From the IMG/VR virus record IMGVR_UViG_3300026549_000032, positions 128,001-192,000 of that record: 64,000 bases of DNA; one strand, given 5' to 3'. Both the position numbers and the translations under genes were made by a program. Source of the stretch: a virus (lineage: Duplodnaviria > Caudoviricetes). Below, one piece after another: positions 63,888 to 64,000 of this stretch; within the stretch, counting starts at the first letter, position 1; the number at the start of each line of letters is the position of its first letter. Below the pieces are notes generated by a model that did not search any database, had not been told where the DNA came from, and was given only the letters and a program-made list of their open reading frames with translations.

Positions 63888-64000
63888 AAGTAATTGATAA
63901 CCTATTCAATGTTATCCTACAACTAGGCTCGGAGAAGGCTAGGACCGTATGGAATAACTGGGAAGGAAGACGAGCCGTCCTACAATACATGATGATGCTC

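Overview
This window looks like the accessory region of a large, AT-rich lytic dsDNA phage, probably infecting Bacteroidota (inferred from promoter shape). It is densely coding in standard genetic code 11. No full-length virion genes, tRNAs or CRISPR arrays were seen. The left arm (1-24.8 kb, minus strand) carries RNA-repair, stress and nucleotide genes: RtcB split by a group I intron with a LAGLIDADG homing endonuclease, a DHH phosphoesterase, TelA, a Pol-beta nucleotidyltransferase, a deoxyribosyltransferase-like/metallophosphoesterase fusion, two IMPDH/GMPR paralogs, and LemA-like and retropepsin proteins. It also holds a ~735-nt multi-domain non-coding RNA candidate and a ~150-nt sRNA candidate. 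The right arm (mostly plus strand) has many small hypothetical genes, a macrodomain and an SF2-helicase-like gene behind a hairpin-rich origin-like spacer. Main finding: a run of 18 mostly overlapping micro-ORFs at 29951-32816, 17 consecutive ones starting Met-x-Trp, with about 15 more M-x-[W/F/Y] genes elsewhere. Several carry, behind this shared N-terminal tag, short segments resembling major capsid protein, portal, prohead protease, tail sheath, a terminase/helicase Q-motif and host EF-Ts. This suggests a modular tag-plus-bait decoy library, possibly anti-defence. The homologies are recalled motif comparisons, not search results. A second tag family (KSKTDVITNSS[ST]EVF, five copies) and a promoter-like motif CCTTA-N4-TG (about 28 copies) also recur.
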